A stretch of DNA of 64,000 nucleotides, from contig JBFGJG010000010.1 of assembly GCA_041577295.1 (NCBI GenBank), positions 32,001-96,000 on the forward strand. Direction: 5' to 3'. Source of the DNA: Gemmatimonadales bacterium. GTDB taxonomy: Bacteria; Gemmatimonadota; Gemmatimonadetes; Gemmatimonadales; GWC2-71-9. The position numbers and the translations under genes are program-made. Of the stretch, positions 27,650-37,344 are shown one piece after another. Under the pieces are notes generated by a model, which saw nothing but the letters and a program-made list of their open reading frames with translations, was not told where the DNA came from and made no database searches. Each line of letters opens with the position of its first letter. Within the stretch, counting starts at the first letter, position 1.

Positions 27650-28528
27650 TTAGACGGTGCAGAGCTCGATTGCCGCGCGGAGGCCCACGATGGGATCTCG
27701 TGTCGGAATAAACTCGTGCGCAAACCAGCCATCGAATGGGAGATCGGCAATCGCGCGCGCGATGCCGATGTAGTTGAGCTCCTGCATATTGTCCAGCTCG
27801 TGTCGGCCCGGCACTCCTGCGGTGTGAAAGTGGGCGATGTGCTCGCGATGCGTTCGAATCGTGCGGATTACATCGCCCTCCATGATCTGCATGTGGTAGA
27901 TGTCGTACAGCAGTTTTACTCGCGGTGAGCCCACAGCCTCCATGACCCGTACCCCGAACCATGTGCGATCGCCGTGGTAATCCGGGTGGTCCACTCTGCT
28001 ATTGAGCAGCTCAATACAAACGGTCACGCCCTCCTGCTCGGCCAGCGGTGCGATCGTGGAGAGCGCCCTCACACACGCATCGATACCCTCAGCATCGCTA
28101 CGGCCGTTACGGTTGCCAAACATGCCGATCACGTTTGGCACGCCATGCCGCGCGGCGAGGGGGAGGGCTCGCTCGAGCTCACCCAGGAGCAGGCGGTGAT
28201 TGGCGGGATCGTTGAGTCCGCGGGTAATGAAATCGCTGCGCACCGCCGGATATCCCATGGAACAGATTAGGCCGTGATCGGCGGCGACCGTCCACTCCTC
28301 CGGTGCGAGAAGGTCGATCGCGCTCAACCCGGCATCGCGCACGGCGCGGCAAAACTGAGGGAGCGGAATGTCGGCAAACGGCCAGCGGCACACCGACTGG
28401 CGCAGGCGTCCAGGGCCCGCGGCGCGAGAGATGGTCGATCCCATCAGTGACCGGCCAGCTGCGGCGGTTGCGACACCAGCCACGGCGCTCGCGCCCACGG
28501 CCTTCAAGAAGTCGCGTCGGCCGTTCAT
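27650..28528 (-). CDS. Tat-exported hydroxypyruvate-isomerase-like (xylose isomerase-like TIM barrel) protein
   Basis: Twin-arginine MNGRRDFLK after a GGAGG RBS; 'ELLNS', 'KLLYDIYHMQIMEGD', 'HFHTAGVPGRHE', 'HEFIP'. Confidence 0.9.
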   Translation of the reverse strand: MNGRRDFLKAVGASAVAGVATAAAGRSLMGSTISRAAGPGRLRQSVCRWPFADIPLPQFCRAVRDAGLSAIDLLAPEEWTVAADHGLICSMGYPAVRSDFITRGLNDPANHRLLLGELERALPLAARHGVPNVIGMFGNRNGRSDAEGIDACVRALSTIAPLAEQEGVTVCIELLNSRVDHPDYHGDRTWFGVRVMEAVGSPRVKLLYDIYHMQIMEGDVIRTIRTHREHIAHFHTAGVPGRHELDNMQELNYIGIARAIADLPFDGWFAHEFIPTRDPIVGLRAAIELCTV

Positions 28529-28553
28529 AACGCCTCCGTCCCACGACACATGG

Positions 28554-30230
28554 TCAGGTGCCGCACGTTGAGGGGAGCCCGCGCGCGGCGGGCGGCGCCG
28601 CACGCTGCTGCGCGGCAAACGCCAGCGCGACGCCGTTGGACCATCCGAATCCGTCCTGTGTCGGGTACTCGCCGCCACCAGCACGTCTGTCCGCGTCGAC
28701 CACGTCGTATTTCTCGGTCATCTTGCCCGTCGACTGGAACGTGCGCCGGTTGAGGGCGAGCCAGCGGTCTCGCGCCGTTTCCGCGATTGTCGTCTGATCG
28801 TAGCGACACAGTCCCTGTACCGTGAGCCACTGCAGCGGTGGCCACCCGTTCGGCGCGTCCCACTGTTGACCCGACGCGATGAGCGTGGTCACAAAACCGC
28901 CCGAGGACAGGAAGTCTCTCTCGAGCCGCTCGGCAACGTCGCGGGCCTGGTCCGGGGTAGCTAGCCCAAAGTAAAGCAGGGCAGCGGCGGCCAGGGTTGG
29001 TCGATCGACCACGCGCTCACCCGTACGCCAGCGGACATCGTAGAAGTAGCCGCTGTCGGGATCGTATGCCGCTGCGACCAATCTCCGTCGGCGGCTCTCG
29101 GCTGCGTCTGCAAATCGTTGTGCCATCTCTCGATCGCCGGTCTCTCCGCGATACGCTCTGAGCGCCGCGATCGTTCGCTCCCCATGATAGAGCAGGCTAT
29201 TGAGATCAATTGGGATCAGGGTCGTCGTTTCGAGCGAGCGCAGATCGGACGGGTCACGCATCCAACGACTCGAAAAATCCCATCCGCTCTCTGCGGCGGC
29301 GCGGAGGTTTCGGTACAACATCTCGCGCCGCGCCGCCGGCAGCGACTGGCCAAGCTCGTAGTCCTCACGATACGACTCCGGCCGGGGCGCCGGCCGGTCG
29401 TCCCAGTAGCGGTTGAGGATTGATCCGTCAGCCAGTCGCACCACCCGCCGCCACGCCGAACCTGGTGCGAGCTGTTCTGCCCCGGTCATCCAGAACGCGT
29501 GCTCTGCCTCGAGGGCTTCGAGGTAGGCCAACGCTCGCGAGCTGTCCGTGGCAGACGCGTACAACCCCACCATGGCAGCAAAATACGGCGGTTGGCTGCG
29601 GCTCAAGTAGTATGTTCGATTGCCGTTCGGTATGTGACCGACTGTGCGGATCAAATACGCAAAATTGTCGAGCATGTTCTCGACGAGGTCCGTCCGGCCG
29701 CTCTCCACCAGGCCCAGCATGGTGAAGTAGGAGTCCCAGTAATAAACCTCGCGGAAGCGACCTCCCGGCACCACGTACGCGTTGGGCAGTGGGATCAGCG
29801 AGGAGTAGGGATCCAACGCATCTGGCGTTCTGGTGAGTGCCGGCCAGAGCGCGCGAATGTGCTCCTCCATCGTCCGTGACATGTCGGTGCGAACGCCCTC
29901 GCCCGCGCGTTGGGGCAGTTCGAAATGCTCTTGAACGAATGCCCTCAAGTCGAAACGGGCGTTGGTGCGGGCACTGGCATAGCGAGTGGCAATCTGGGAC
30001 GGAGGCGATACGGGGCGGGCGTCCACGAACGTCTTCGAGTCCTCGAACACGCGCCCGAGCTGAATGTCTTGGAAGAGTGATCCGAGGTCACGTGATGGAT
30101 CGTAGCGCGTGGCCGGAGCAGCTGGCGCACTCGTGCCAGCCGGTGCGGCGGTGCGACATCCGATGGCAATGAGAACCGCAAGCAGGCAGGTGAAGGCTGT
30201 TCGACTTCCAGCCCAGGGTATCTGACGCAT
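28554..30230 (-). CDS. treA: Alpha,alpha-trehalase (GH37), probable lipoprotein
   Basis: 'DSKTFVD', 'VPGGRFREVYYWDSYF', 'PNGNRTYYLSRSQPP', 'AAESGWDFSSRW', 'QQWDAPNGWPP', 'GGGEYPTQDGFGWSN'; lipobox IAIGC. Start set at ATG 30230. Confidence 0.95.
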   Translation of the reverse strand: MRQIPWAGSRTAFTCLLAVLIAIGCRTAAPAGTSAPAAPATRYDPSRDLGSLFQDIQLGRVFEDSKTFVDARPVSPPSQIATRYASARTNARFDLRAFVQEHFELPQRAGEGVRTDMSRTMEEHIRALWPALTRTPDALDPYSSLIPLPNAYVVPGGRFREVYYWDSYFTMLGLVESGRTDLVENMLDNFAYLIRTVGHIPNGNRTYYLSRSQPPYFAAMVGLYASATDSSRALAYLEALEAEHAFWMTGAEQLAPGSAWRRVVRLADGSILNRYWDDRPAPRPESYREDYELGQSLPAARREMLYRNLRAAAESGWDFSSRWMRDPSDLRSLETTTLIPIDLNSLLYHGERTIAALRAYRGETGDREMAQRFADAAESRRRRLVAAAYDPDSGYFYDVRWRTGERVVDRPTLAAAALLYFGLATPDQARDVAERLERDFLSSGGFVTTLIASGQQWDAPNGWPPLQWLTVQGLCRYDQTTIAETARDRWLALNRRTFQSTGKMTEKYDVVDADRRAGGGEYPTQDGFGWSNGVALAFAAQQRAAPPAARGLPSTCGT

Positions 30231-30256
30231 GCGCGCCCCCCGCCAAAGCGCATTCA

Positions 30257-31876
30257 TCATGAGAAGTAGATCCATACGAGCCCGACGCAGAAAACGAGGA
30301 ACACACTCAACACCAAATCCATCGTCCGCCAGCGGCGGCTGACTTCTGGCGTTGGCGCGGGTTCCACTGTTGCAAACGTCAAGCCTGCCACCTTGGGAGC
30401 GGGTGGCTCTGGGCTCAGTAGGCTGACAATCACCAGCACCGCCGTGCAGGTCACGAACAGCACTATCGCAAAGTGAAGGAAGTTGATGTCGGCATAGGTG
30501 AAGAGCAGACCGTCGAGCCGCCCTTTGAATAACTCCGCCACCAAGCGTCCCATTCCTAGCACGAACCCGGTGATCAGTGCGGCGATGGCACCGTTGGCGT
30601 TGACTCGCTTCCACAGCACGCCAATCAAGAAGACCGCGGCGATGGGCGGCGAGATATAGGCCTGGACGCTCTGAAGATACTGGTAGAGCTGTCCCGAGAT
30701 CAGCTTCATGAACGGTATCCACGCCAAACCAAACACCACGAGCACCCCAGTGGTGACTTGTCCCACTAGCACGAGCCTCCGCTCCGGCGCCTCGGGGTGG
30801 AGCTTCTTGTACACGTCAAGCGTGACCAACGTAGACGTGGAGTTGAACACCGAGGAGAGCGAGCTCATCAACGCTGCCAGGAGTCCCGCGACGACGAGCC
30901 CCCGCAAGCCGATCGGGAGCAATACCGCAATCAACGTGGGGAGCGCCTGATCAGGGGTGGCGAGCTGGAGCCGGTTCTGCTGCGAGAGCGCGAAAGCAAT
31001 CACGCCGGGGATCACAAAGATGAACAAGGGGAGCAGCTTCAAGTAGCCCGCGAACACCGTCCCGCGCCGGGCGTGATCGGGGTTGGTTGCTGCAAGCACG
31101 CGTTGCACGATGAATTGGTCCGTACACCAATACCACACACCGAGAATCGGGGCTCCAAACAGAATCCCGGTCCACGGGAAGTTCGGATCCGAGATAGGCT
31201 TCCACACGCTGAGGAACCCAGGTTCGACGGCTTCCGTCAAGGCGTCCCATCCGCCCAGGGCGCTGAGTCCCAAGATCGTGACGGCGACCGCACCGCCAAT
31301 CAACACGAACATTTGCAAGAGGTCCGTGTACAGCACCGCTCGTAGCCCGCCGAAGATGGTGTACACGCCGGTGACGATTACGACGACCAGCGCACCAGTC
31401 CAAAAGTCGATCCCCATGATCGCCTCGAAGACGATCCCTCCGGCCGCTATCGTGACCGAGATCTTGGTGAGGACGTAACCGATGATCGAAATGATCGCGA
31501 GGTACCAGCGAGCGCCCGCGGAGTAGCGGCGCTCGAGGAATTCGGGCATGGTGAACACGCCGCTCGACAAGTAGAACGGTACGAACACCCAGCCGAGAAT
31601 CAACAGGATCAGCGACGCGAGGACCTCGAACTGCCCAACAGCCACACCGCTCGCCGCTCCGGTTCCCGCCAGCCCCACCAGGTGTTCCGATCCGATATTC
31701 GAGGCGAACAACGACCCGCCAACCAAGAACCAGCCTGCATGGCGGCCCGCCAGGAAGTAGTCCTGAGACGTCCCGCGGGCCGCACGCTCCCGCACCGACG
31801 CCCAAATCGCGACGCCGAATACCAGCACGAAGTAGACACCGATAACAGCCCAGTCCACAGTCGCGAGTAAGCCCAC
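30257..31876 (-). CDS. Sodium:solute symporter (SGLT-like), second copy
   Basis: 'DYFLAGR', 'SLFASNIGSEHLVGLAG', 'TMPEFLERRY', 'WYWCTDQFIVQR'. Confidence 0.95.
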   Translation of the reverse strand: MGLLATVDWAVIGVYFVLVFGVAIWASVRERAARGTSQDYFLAGRHAGWFLVGGSLFASNIGSEHLVGLAGTGAASGVAVGQFEVLASLILLILGWVFVPFYLSSGVFTMPEFLERRYSAGARWYLAIISIIGYVLTKISVTIAAGGIVFEAIMGIDFWTGALVVVIVTGVYTIFGGLRAVLYTDLLQMFVLIGGAVAVTILGLSALGGWDALTEAVEPGFLSVWKPISDPNFPWTGILFGAPILGVWYWCTDQFIVQRVLAATNPDHARRGTVFAGYLKLLPLFIFVIPGVIAFALSQQNRLQLATPDQALPTLIAVLLPIGLRGLVVAGLLAALMSSLSSVFNSTSTLVTLDVYKKLHPEAPERRLVLVGQVTTGVLVVFGLAWIPFMKLISGQLYQYLQSVQAYISPPIAAVFLIGVLWKRVNANGAIAALITGFVLGMGRLVAELFKGRLDGLLFTYADINFLHFAIVLFVTCTAVLVIVSLLSPEPPAPKVAGLTFATVEPAPTPEVSRRWRTMDLVLSVFLVFCVGLVWIYFS

Positions 31877-32069
31877 GGGTCTCTCTCCGGTCTAGGGTCT
31901 GCGCGCCTTAATGCTCACACCGAGATGCGACGGGGAACCGGCCCAGTATACGCCGATGGACGCCCTCGCGGAACGTCTCTCCCCGACTGTATGTCTCCTT
32001 GCGACCGATAATCCCAGGATCTAGCTTCGCTAGCACCCCCGAGAGCCACGAGCCCATTTCCCCAACCGA

Positions 32070-35000
32070 GTGCCGATTACGTTGTTGCGAAACAAAGGAC
32101 TCTTTCTCGCCACGCTTGCGCTCGCGATCGGTTCGTCAGGGTGCGAGCCTTCCGGGTTACCGGATCCGGATTCGTCGCGATACGCCGAAACGGTCTCGGC
32201 ATTCTACCGGGGCGTCGCCGCCGCCCAGGTGGGCGAGAGTGGCGTGGCCGAAGCCTCATTCCGCCGAGTCACCGAGCTGGCGCCGCTCGAGCCCGCTGGC
32301 TGGGCCGATCTTGGACTTGTCGCGCTCCAACGGCGCGAGCTGGAACAGGCCGCGAGCTTGCTCGCCGAGGCGCGCTCGCTGGCGCCCGAAGACAGCCGGA
32401 TTCGTTTGATATCCGCGTTGGTCGAGCGCGAGCGTGGTCGCACGGATTCGGCCACGGCGCAGCTCCGGCGCGCCGTTGAGCTCGATCCCCGTCATCTCCG
32501 GGCGCTCTACCTGCTGGCCGAGGTGGTCGGCTCGGGGGATCAGCCCGAGGACGCAGCGGAGGCTCAGCAGGTGATCGAGCGGGTGCTTGCGGTCGTGCCA
32601 GGGAACCTGGTCGCCCTGCTCGAGCGCGCGCGACTCGCCGCCAAAGTGCGCGACAGTACAGCGCTCCGCCAGACGCTCGACCGCATAGAGACTCGGACCG
32701 CGGGCCTCGGGTCGTCGCCCGCGCGGGAGCTTCGTGCGGTGCGGGCCGCCGCTGCAACGGGAGACTACGGCCGGGCCGCCACGCAGATCGCGTTCTTGCA
32801 GACTGAACTGCAACCGCTTGCCGCGTTTCGCGACGACCAGGAGGCGGTGCGGCTCTCGCCCAGTCGAGGAGAAGTCCTCCTCACCGCGTTTGTCCGGTTG
32901 CCAACCCCGACCACTCGGGCTTCGCGGCCAGATACGGCACTCACGTTTGTGCCGGAGACGCTCTTGATTGCAGGTGCTCGAGAAGCGGAGTGGGTGCATA
33001 CCCTGTGGCTCAGCGACGAAGTACCGCTCGCGCTGCTCGCCGCCGGAGCGGACACCGTGTGGCTCTCCCCGGATCCAGATTACTCAGAGGCGTTCGTGTT
33101 TCCACGTGCTGCCGGTCCGCCCCCAGCACCCGCGGCGGTCGCGCCAATCGACTACAACTACGACTTTCGGACGGACCTCGTAGTGGCGGGCGCCGGTGGA
33201 TTGCGGCTCCTGCGACAGGACGAAGCAGGCTCGTTCCACGACGCCACAACCGAAGCGCTCCCGCCATCCCTCGTCCGTTCAGCCTACACAGGAGCGTGGG
33301 TCGCCGACATCGACATGGAAGGTGATGTGGACATCGTACTCTCTCGGCTCGATGGCTCGCCTATGGTGTTGTGGAATCGGGGTGACGGGAAGTTCGAATC
33401 GGGAACCGTGTTTGCGGGTGTGACCCGACTCAGCGACTTCGTGTGGGCAGATCTCGACGGCGACGGCGACCCGGACGCGGCGCTGCTGGATGCTGGAGGG
33501 CGACTACAAATCTTTCGCAACGGGCGCGAGCGTGTCGGTCAATTCGAACGCCTGCCACTGCCCAACACACTGGGCAGTGTCCACGCAATCGCCGGAGCGG
33601 ACCTCAACTCTGACGCGACGCTCGATCTCGTTTTGCTAGGTGCGGACGGCATTGTCAGACGTCTGTCGCTCGTGGATGGGAGTTGGCGGGATACCGTGCT
33701 GGTGCAGTGGGTTGGGTACTCGGCACAGGAGATGATGTCGACTCGACTTCTCCTCGCGGACCTGGACAACAACGGCAGTCTCGACCTCGTGGCCTCTACA
33801 CCTGAAGGCACGAGGGTGTGGATTGCCGGAGCACAAGCTTTCGTGGCGCTTCCGCTCATCAACGTTCCTGTCACGAGCATCGCGGACATCAGCGGAGATG
33901 GCCGGCTCGATCTGATCGGCGTATCAGCTCGTGAGCCCCGATTGCTGACGAATCAGGGGACCATGGATTACTACTCGACGAGCATTCATCCACGGGCAGC
34001 GGAAGCGACAGGCGATCGCCGTATCAACTCGTTTGGCATCGGTGGTGAGGTGGAGATTCGAGCAAGCCTGCTCTATCAGAAACGGTTGATTGACGGTCCA
34101 CGTATCCACTTCGGGCTGGGGGAACAACCGCAAGTGGATGTCGCGCGCATCCTCTGGCCGAATGGAACGGCACAGGTCGAGTTCAATCTCGCAGCGACGA
34201 ACGAGACCATACTCACGCGTCAACGACTCAAAGGTTCCTGTCCCTGGGTCTTCACATTCGATGGTGCAGGCATGCAGTTCATCACCGACTTTCTCTGGCG
34301 GTCGGCCCTCGGGCTCCGCATTAACGCACAGGGACACGCCGCGGTGATTCACAGCGAGGACTGGATTAAGATACGGGGTGATCAGCTGGTACCCCGTGAT
34401 GGTTTCTACGACGTTCGCATCACCGCCGAACTGTGGGAGACCCACTTCTTCGACCACGTGGCCCTGCTGGCCGTGGATCACCCCGCCGGAACCGAAGTGT
34501 TTGTCGATGAACGATTCAGAATCCCAGCACCGGTGCCTGGTGTGCGCACGACCGAAATGCTTCGGCCAATTGCGTGGGCCCGCGACCATAAGGGGCGCGA
34601 CGTGACAGCGCTGCTTCGTGAACGCGACGAGCGCTATGTGGACACGTTTGATTTGGGTCTCTATCAGGGCCTAGCTCGGGACCACCATGTTGAGCTGGCC
34701 TTGGGTACCGGAGTCCCCGCCGAGGGTCCCTTGCTACTCATTGCACACGGGTGGGTCTATCCCACCGACGCGTCGATCAACGTGGCGATCAGTCAAGGGA
34801 GTCACGGACGACCGCGCGGGCTCGCGCTCGAGGTGCCCGATGGTCACGGGGGTTGGACTGTCGTCGATCCAGACCTCGGATTCCCAGCCGGGAAGTCGAA
34901 AACCATTATGATCGATCTCACGCACGCATTCCAACCGGGTGCGGAGCGCATCGTGCGACTGCGAACCAATATGGAGGTCTATTGGGATCAGATTGCCTGG

Positions 35001-35537
35001 ACCACCGAACTGCCGGATGCACCGACCAAGGTTCAGCGAATCCTGCCGGCGACAGCCGAGCTGCGATACCGAGGGTTTTCAGAAGTGGGTCAGACTCCGC
35101 GCAGATCGCCGGAGCTGCCGGAATACGAGAGGCTGGGCACCGGCGTACCCCAGTGGCGGGACCTCGTGGGTTTCCACACGCGGTTCGGTGACATTCGCCC
35201 GTTGAACGAAAAAGTGGACGATCGGTATACTATAATGAATGCAGGTGACGAGCTGGCATTTCAATTTCGCGCGCTGCCACCTCCAGATAGCGGCTGGGTG
35301 CGTGACTTTGTTCTCATCGGTGATGGCTGGGTGAAGGATGGAGATTACAACACCGGATTTTCGACGACTGTGCTCCCGCTTCCCTACCATGGGATGTCTG
35401 ACTACGCTCGCCCGCCAGAGCGCCTGGAAGACGATCCGGCCTTCCGCCTTCACCCAGAAGATTGGGAGGTCTTCCACACCCGCTATGTGACCCCGCGGGT
35501 TTTTCATCGTGCCCTCACACCAGACCCCAACGACTGA
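32070..35537 (+). CDS. TPR + FG-GAP + ASPIC/UnbV lipoprotein with large C-terminal domain of unknown function
   Basis: Lipobox SSGC, TPRs, several DxDxDG repeats, 'HFGLG...ILWPNG', then a roughly 430-aa domain starting 'KGSCP'. Confidence 0.85.
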   Translation: MPITLLRNKGLFLATLALAIGSSGCEPSGLPDPDSSRYAETVSAFYRGVAAAQVGESGVAEASFRRVTELAPLEPAGWADLGLVALQRRELEQAASLLAEARSLAPEDSRIRLISALVERERGRTDSATAQLRRAVELDPRHLRALYLLAEVVGSGDQPEDAAEAQQVIERVLAVVPGNLVALLERARLAAKVRDSTALRQTLDRIETRTAGLGSSPARELRAVRAAAATGDYGRAATQIAFLQTELQPLAAFRDDQEAVRLSPSRGEVLLTAFVRLPTPTTRASRPDTALTFVPETLLIAGAREAEWVHTLWLSDEVPLALLAAGADTVWLSPDPDYSEAFVFPRAAGPPPAPAAVAPIDYNYDFRTDLVVAGAGGLRLLRQDEAGSFHDATTEALPPSLVRSAYTGAWVADIDMEGDVDIVLSRLDGSPMVLWNRGDGKFESGTVFAGVTRLSDFVWADLDGDGDPDAALLDAGGRLQIFRNGRERVGQFERLPLPNTLGSVHAIAGADLNSDATLDLVLLGADGIVRRLSLVDGSWRDTVLVQWVGYSAQEMMSTRLLLADLDNNGSLDLVASTPEGTRVWIAGAQAFVALPLINVPVTSIADISGDGRLDLIGVSAREPRLLTNQGTMDYYSTSIHPRAAEATGDRRINSFGIGGEVEIRASLLYQKRLIDGPRIHFGLGEQPQVDVARILWPNGTAQVEFNLAATNETILTRQRLKGSCPWVFTFDGAGMQFITDFLWRSALGLRINAQGHAAVIHSEDWIKIRGDQLVPRDGFYDVRITAELWETHFFDHVALLAVDHPAGTEVFVDERFRIPAPVPGVRTTEMLRPIAWARDHKGRDVTALLRERDERYVDTFDLGLYQGLARDHHVELALGTGVPAEGPLLLIAHGWVYPTDASINVAISQGSHGRPRGLALEVPDGHGGWTVVDPDLGFPAGKSKTIMIDLTHAFQPGAERIVRLRTNMEVYWDQIAWTTELPDAPTKVQRILPATAELRYRGFSEVGQTPRRSPELPEYERLGTGVPQWRDLVGFHTRFGDIRPLNEKVDDRYTIMNAGDELAFQFRALPPPDSGWVRDFVLIGDGWVKDGDYNTGFSTTVLPLPYHGMSDYARPPERLEDDPAFRLHPEDWEVFHTRYVTPRVFHRALTPDPND

Positions 35538-37344
35538 TCGAGCAGCAGCGCCTTCCCGGCGCCGTCTGCCCACCGTCCTCGCGGCCGTCGCTTTCCTCGT
35601 GCTCCTCGCGACGCCGCTTGCGCTACGGCATTTCTCGGATTCGCGAGAGGCCGGTACGGACTTCAGCGCATCCGAGGCACTCGACCGCCATGGTTTTGTC
35701 CTCGAAGAGATCTCTGAGACAGTCGGGATCCGTTTTATGCACCGGGCGCCGGATCTCGATCCAAAGCTCGGCCCCATCATGCCAGCGGTCGCGGCGTACG
35801 GCGCCGCGGTTTCAGTGGTGGATTTTGACCGCGATGGCTGGTCCGACCTGTACGTCACAAACAGCGCTTTGGGCAGCCAGAACGCGCTCTATCGGAATGG
35901 GCGTGATGGTACCTTCGAAGAGTTGGCGGCCAAGCTCGGGGTGGCCGACGTAAACCAGCGCACAACCGGCGTCTCGATGGGCTCCGTTTGGGGGGACTAC
36001 GATAACGACGGATACGAAGACCTGTTTCTTTATCGGTGGGGCAAGCCGGAGCTCTTTCATAATGACGAAGGCCGTGGTTTCTCGCGCGTCACCGAGCGTG
36101 CGGGGCTGCCGCGCTGGATCAACGCCAATGCCGCCGTTTGGTTCGACTACGATCGCGATGGGTGGCTCGATCTCTTTGTAGGTGGCTTTTATCCAGCGGA
36201 CCTCGACCTATGGAATTTGGAGCACACACGAGTAATGCCCGAGAGCTTCGAGTACGCTCAGAACGGTGGTCGCAACTACCTCTTTCGGAATCTCGGCGAC
36301 GGCACGTTCCGCGAGGTAGGCGAGTCCCTCGGGCTCACGAGCACTCGTTGGACGCTCGCGGCTGCGGCAACGGATGTCGACCGCGATGGGGATCCCGATC
36401 TCTTCGTGGCAAACGATTTCGGGATCAACGAATTGTACATCAACGAGCAGGGTAAGCGCTTTCGGGAGGTCGGCCGCGCGGCGAACCTCGCCCGCACTCC
36501 CAAGAGCGGAATGAATGCATCGTTCGGGGACGTGCTCAATCGCGGAGAGTGGATTCTCTACGTGACCAACATCTCCGAGCCGGGTGTCCTCATCCATGGA
36601 AACGACCTGTGGGTGCCGGCGGGTGACTCGGGTGAGGTGCCACGATACCGCAACCTGGCCGGTGCGATGGGTGTGGAGCTCGCCGGTTTCGCGTTCGGGG
36701 CGCAGTTCGGCGACTTGAACAACGACGGTTGGTTAGACCTCTTCGTCACGAACGGTTACGTGTCTGGCGAAGACCGTGAGAGTTACTGGTACGACTACTC
36801 GCTGGTTGCCGGTGGGCATCGCAATATCATTGCCGACGCTAGCAATTGGCCGGCCATGCGTGGACGAAGTCTGTCCGGCTACCAAGAAGATCACGTGTGG
36901 CTCAACGACGGGGCGGGACGCTTTCGCGACGTCACCAGAGCGGTCGGGGCGGCCAATGCCTACGATGGACGCGCCGTCGCATTTGCCGATTTGTGGAATC
37001 GTGGCGTACTCGATGTCCTCGTAGCCTACCAACGCGGCCCGCTTTTGGTCTACAAGAACACGGTGACCCACGAGCACAATTGGATTGCTTTCATGTTTGA
37101 GGGTACAAAGAGCAATCGCAGTGCGATCGGGGCGGAAGCTCATCTTTACTGGGCCGGCATGCAGCAGGTACAACAGATCGAGGGTGGCAATGGCTTTGCC
37201 GCACAGAACCAGCGGCGGGCTCACTTCGGGCTCGGCTTGGCGTCGAGCGTCGACAGCGTCGTGATCCGGTGGCCATCCAGCGTGGTCCGCACGGTCAAAT
37301 CACCGACCGTCAACACGCTACACACCGTGAAAGAGCCCGGATGA
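35509..37344 (+). CDS. CRTAC1 / UnbV (enediyne E4-like) FG-GAP + ASPIC/UnbV protein
   Basis: N-terminal hydrophobic segment, repeats DFDRDGWSDLYV / DYDNDGYEDLF / DVDRDGDPDLFVANDFG, 'NRSAIGA...HFGLG...IRWPS'. Confidence 0.9.
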   Translation: MPSHQTPTTDRAAAPSRRRLPTVLAAVAFLVLLATPLALRHFSDSREAGTDFSASEALDRHGFVLEEISETVGIRFMHRAPDLDPKLGPIMPAVAAYGAAVSVVDFDRDGWSDLYVTNSALGSQNALYRNGRDGTFEELAAKLGVADVNQRTTGVSMGSVWGDYDNDGYEDLFLYRWGKPELFHNDEGRGFSRVTERAGLPRWINANAAVWFDYDRDGWLDLFVGGFYPADLDLWNLEHTRVMPESFEYAQNGGRNYLFRNLGDGTFREVGESLGLTSTRWTLAAAATDVDRDGDPDLFVANDFGINELYINEQGKRFREVGRAANLARTPKSGMNASFGDVLNRGEWILYVTNISEPGVLIHGNDLWVPAGDSGEVPRYRNLAGAMGVELAGFAFGAQFGDLNNDGWLDLFVTNGYVSGEDRESYWYDYSLVAGGHRNIIADASNWPAMRGRSLSGYQEDHVWLNDGAGRFRDVTRAVGAANAYDGRAVAFADLWNRGVLDVLVAYQRGPLLVYKNTVTHEHNWIAFMFEGTKSNRSAIGAEAHLYWAGMQQVQQIEGGNGFAAQNQRRAHFGLGLASSVDSVVIRWPSSVVRTVKSPTVNTLHTVKEPG

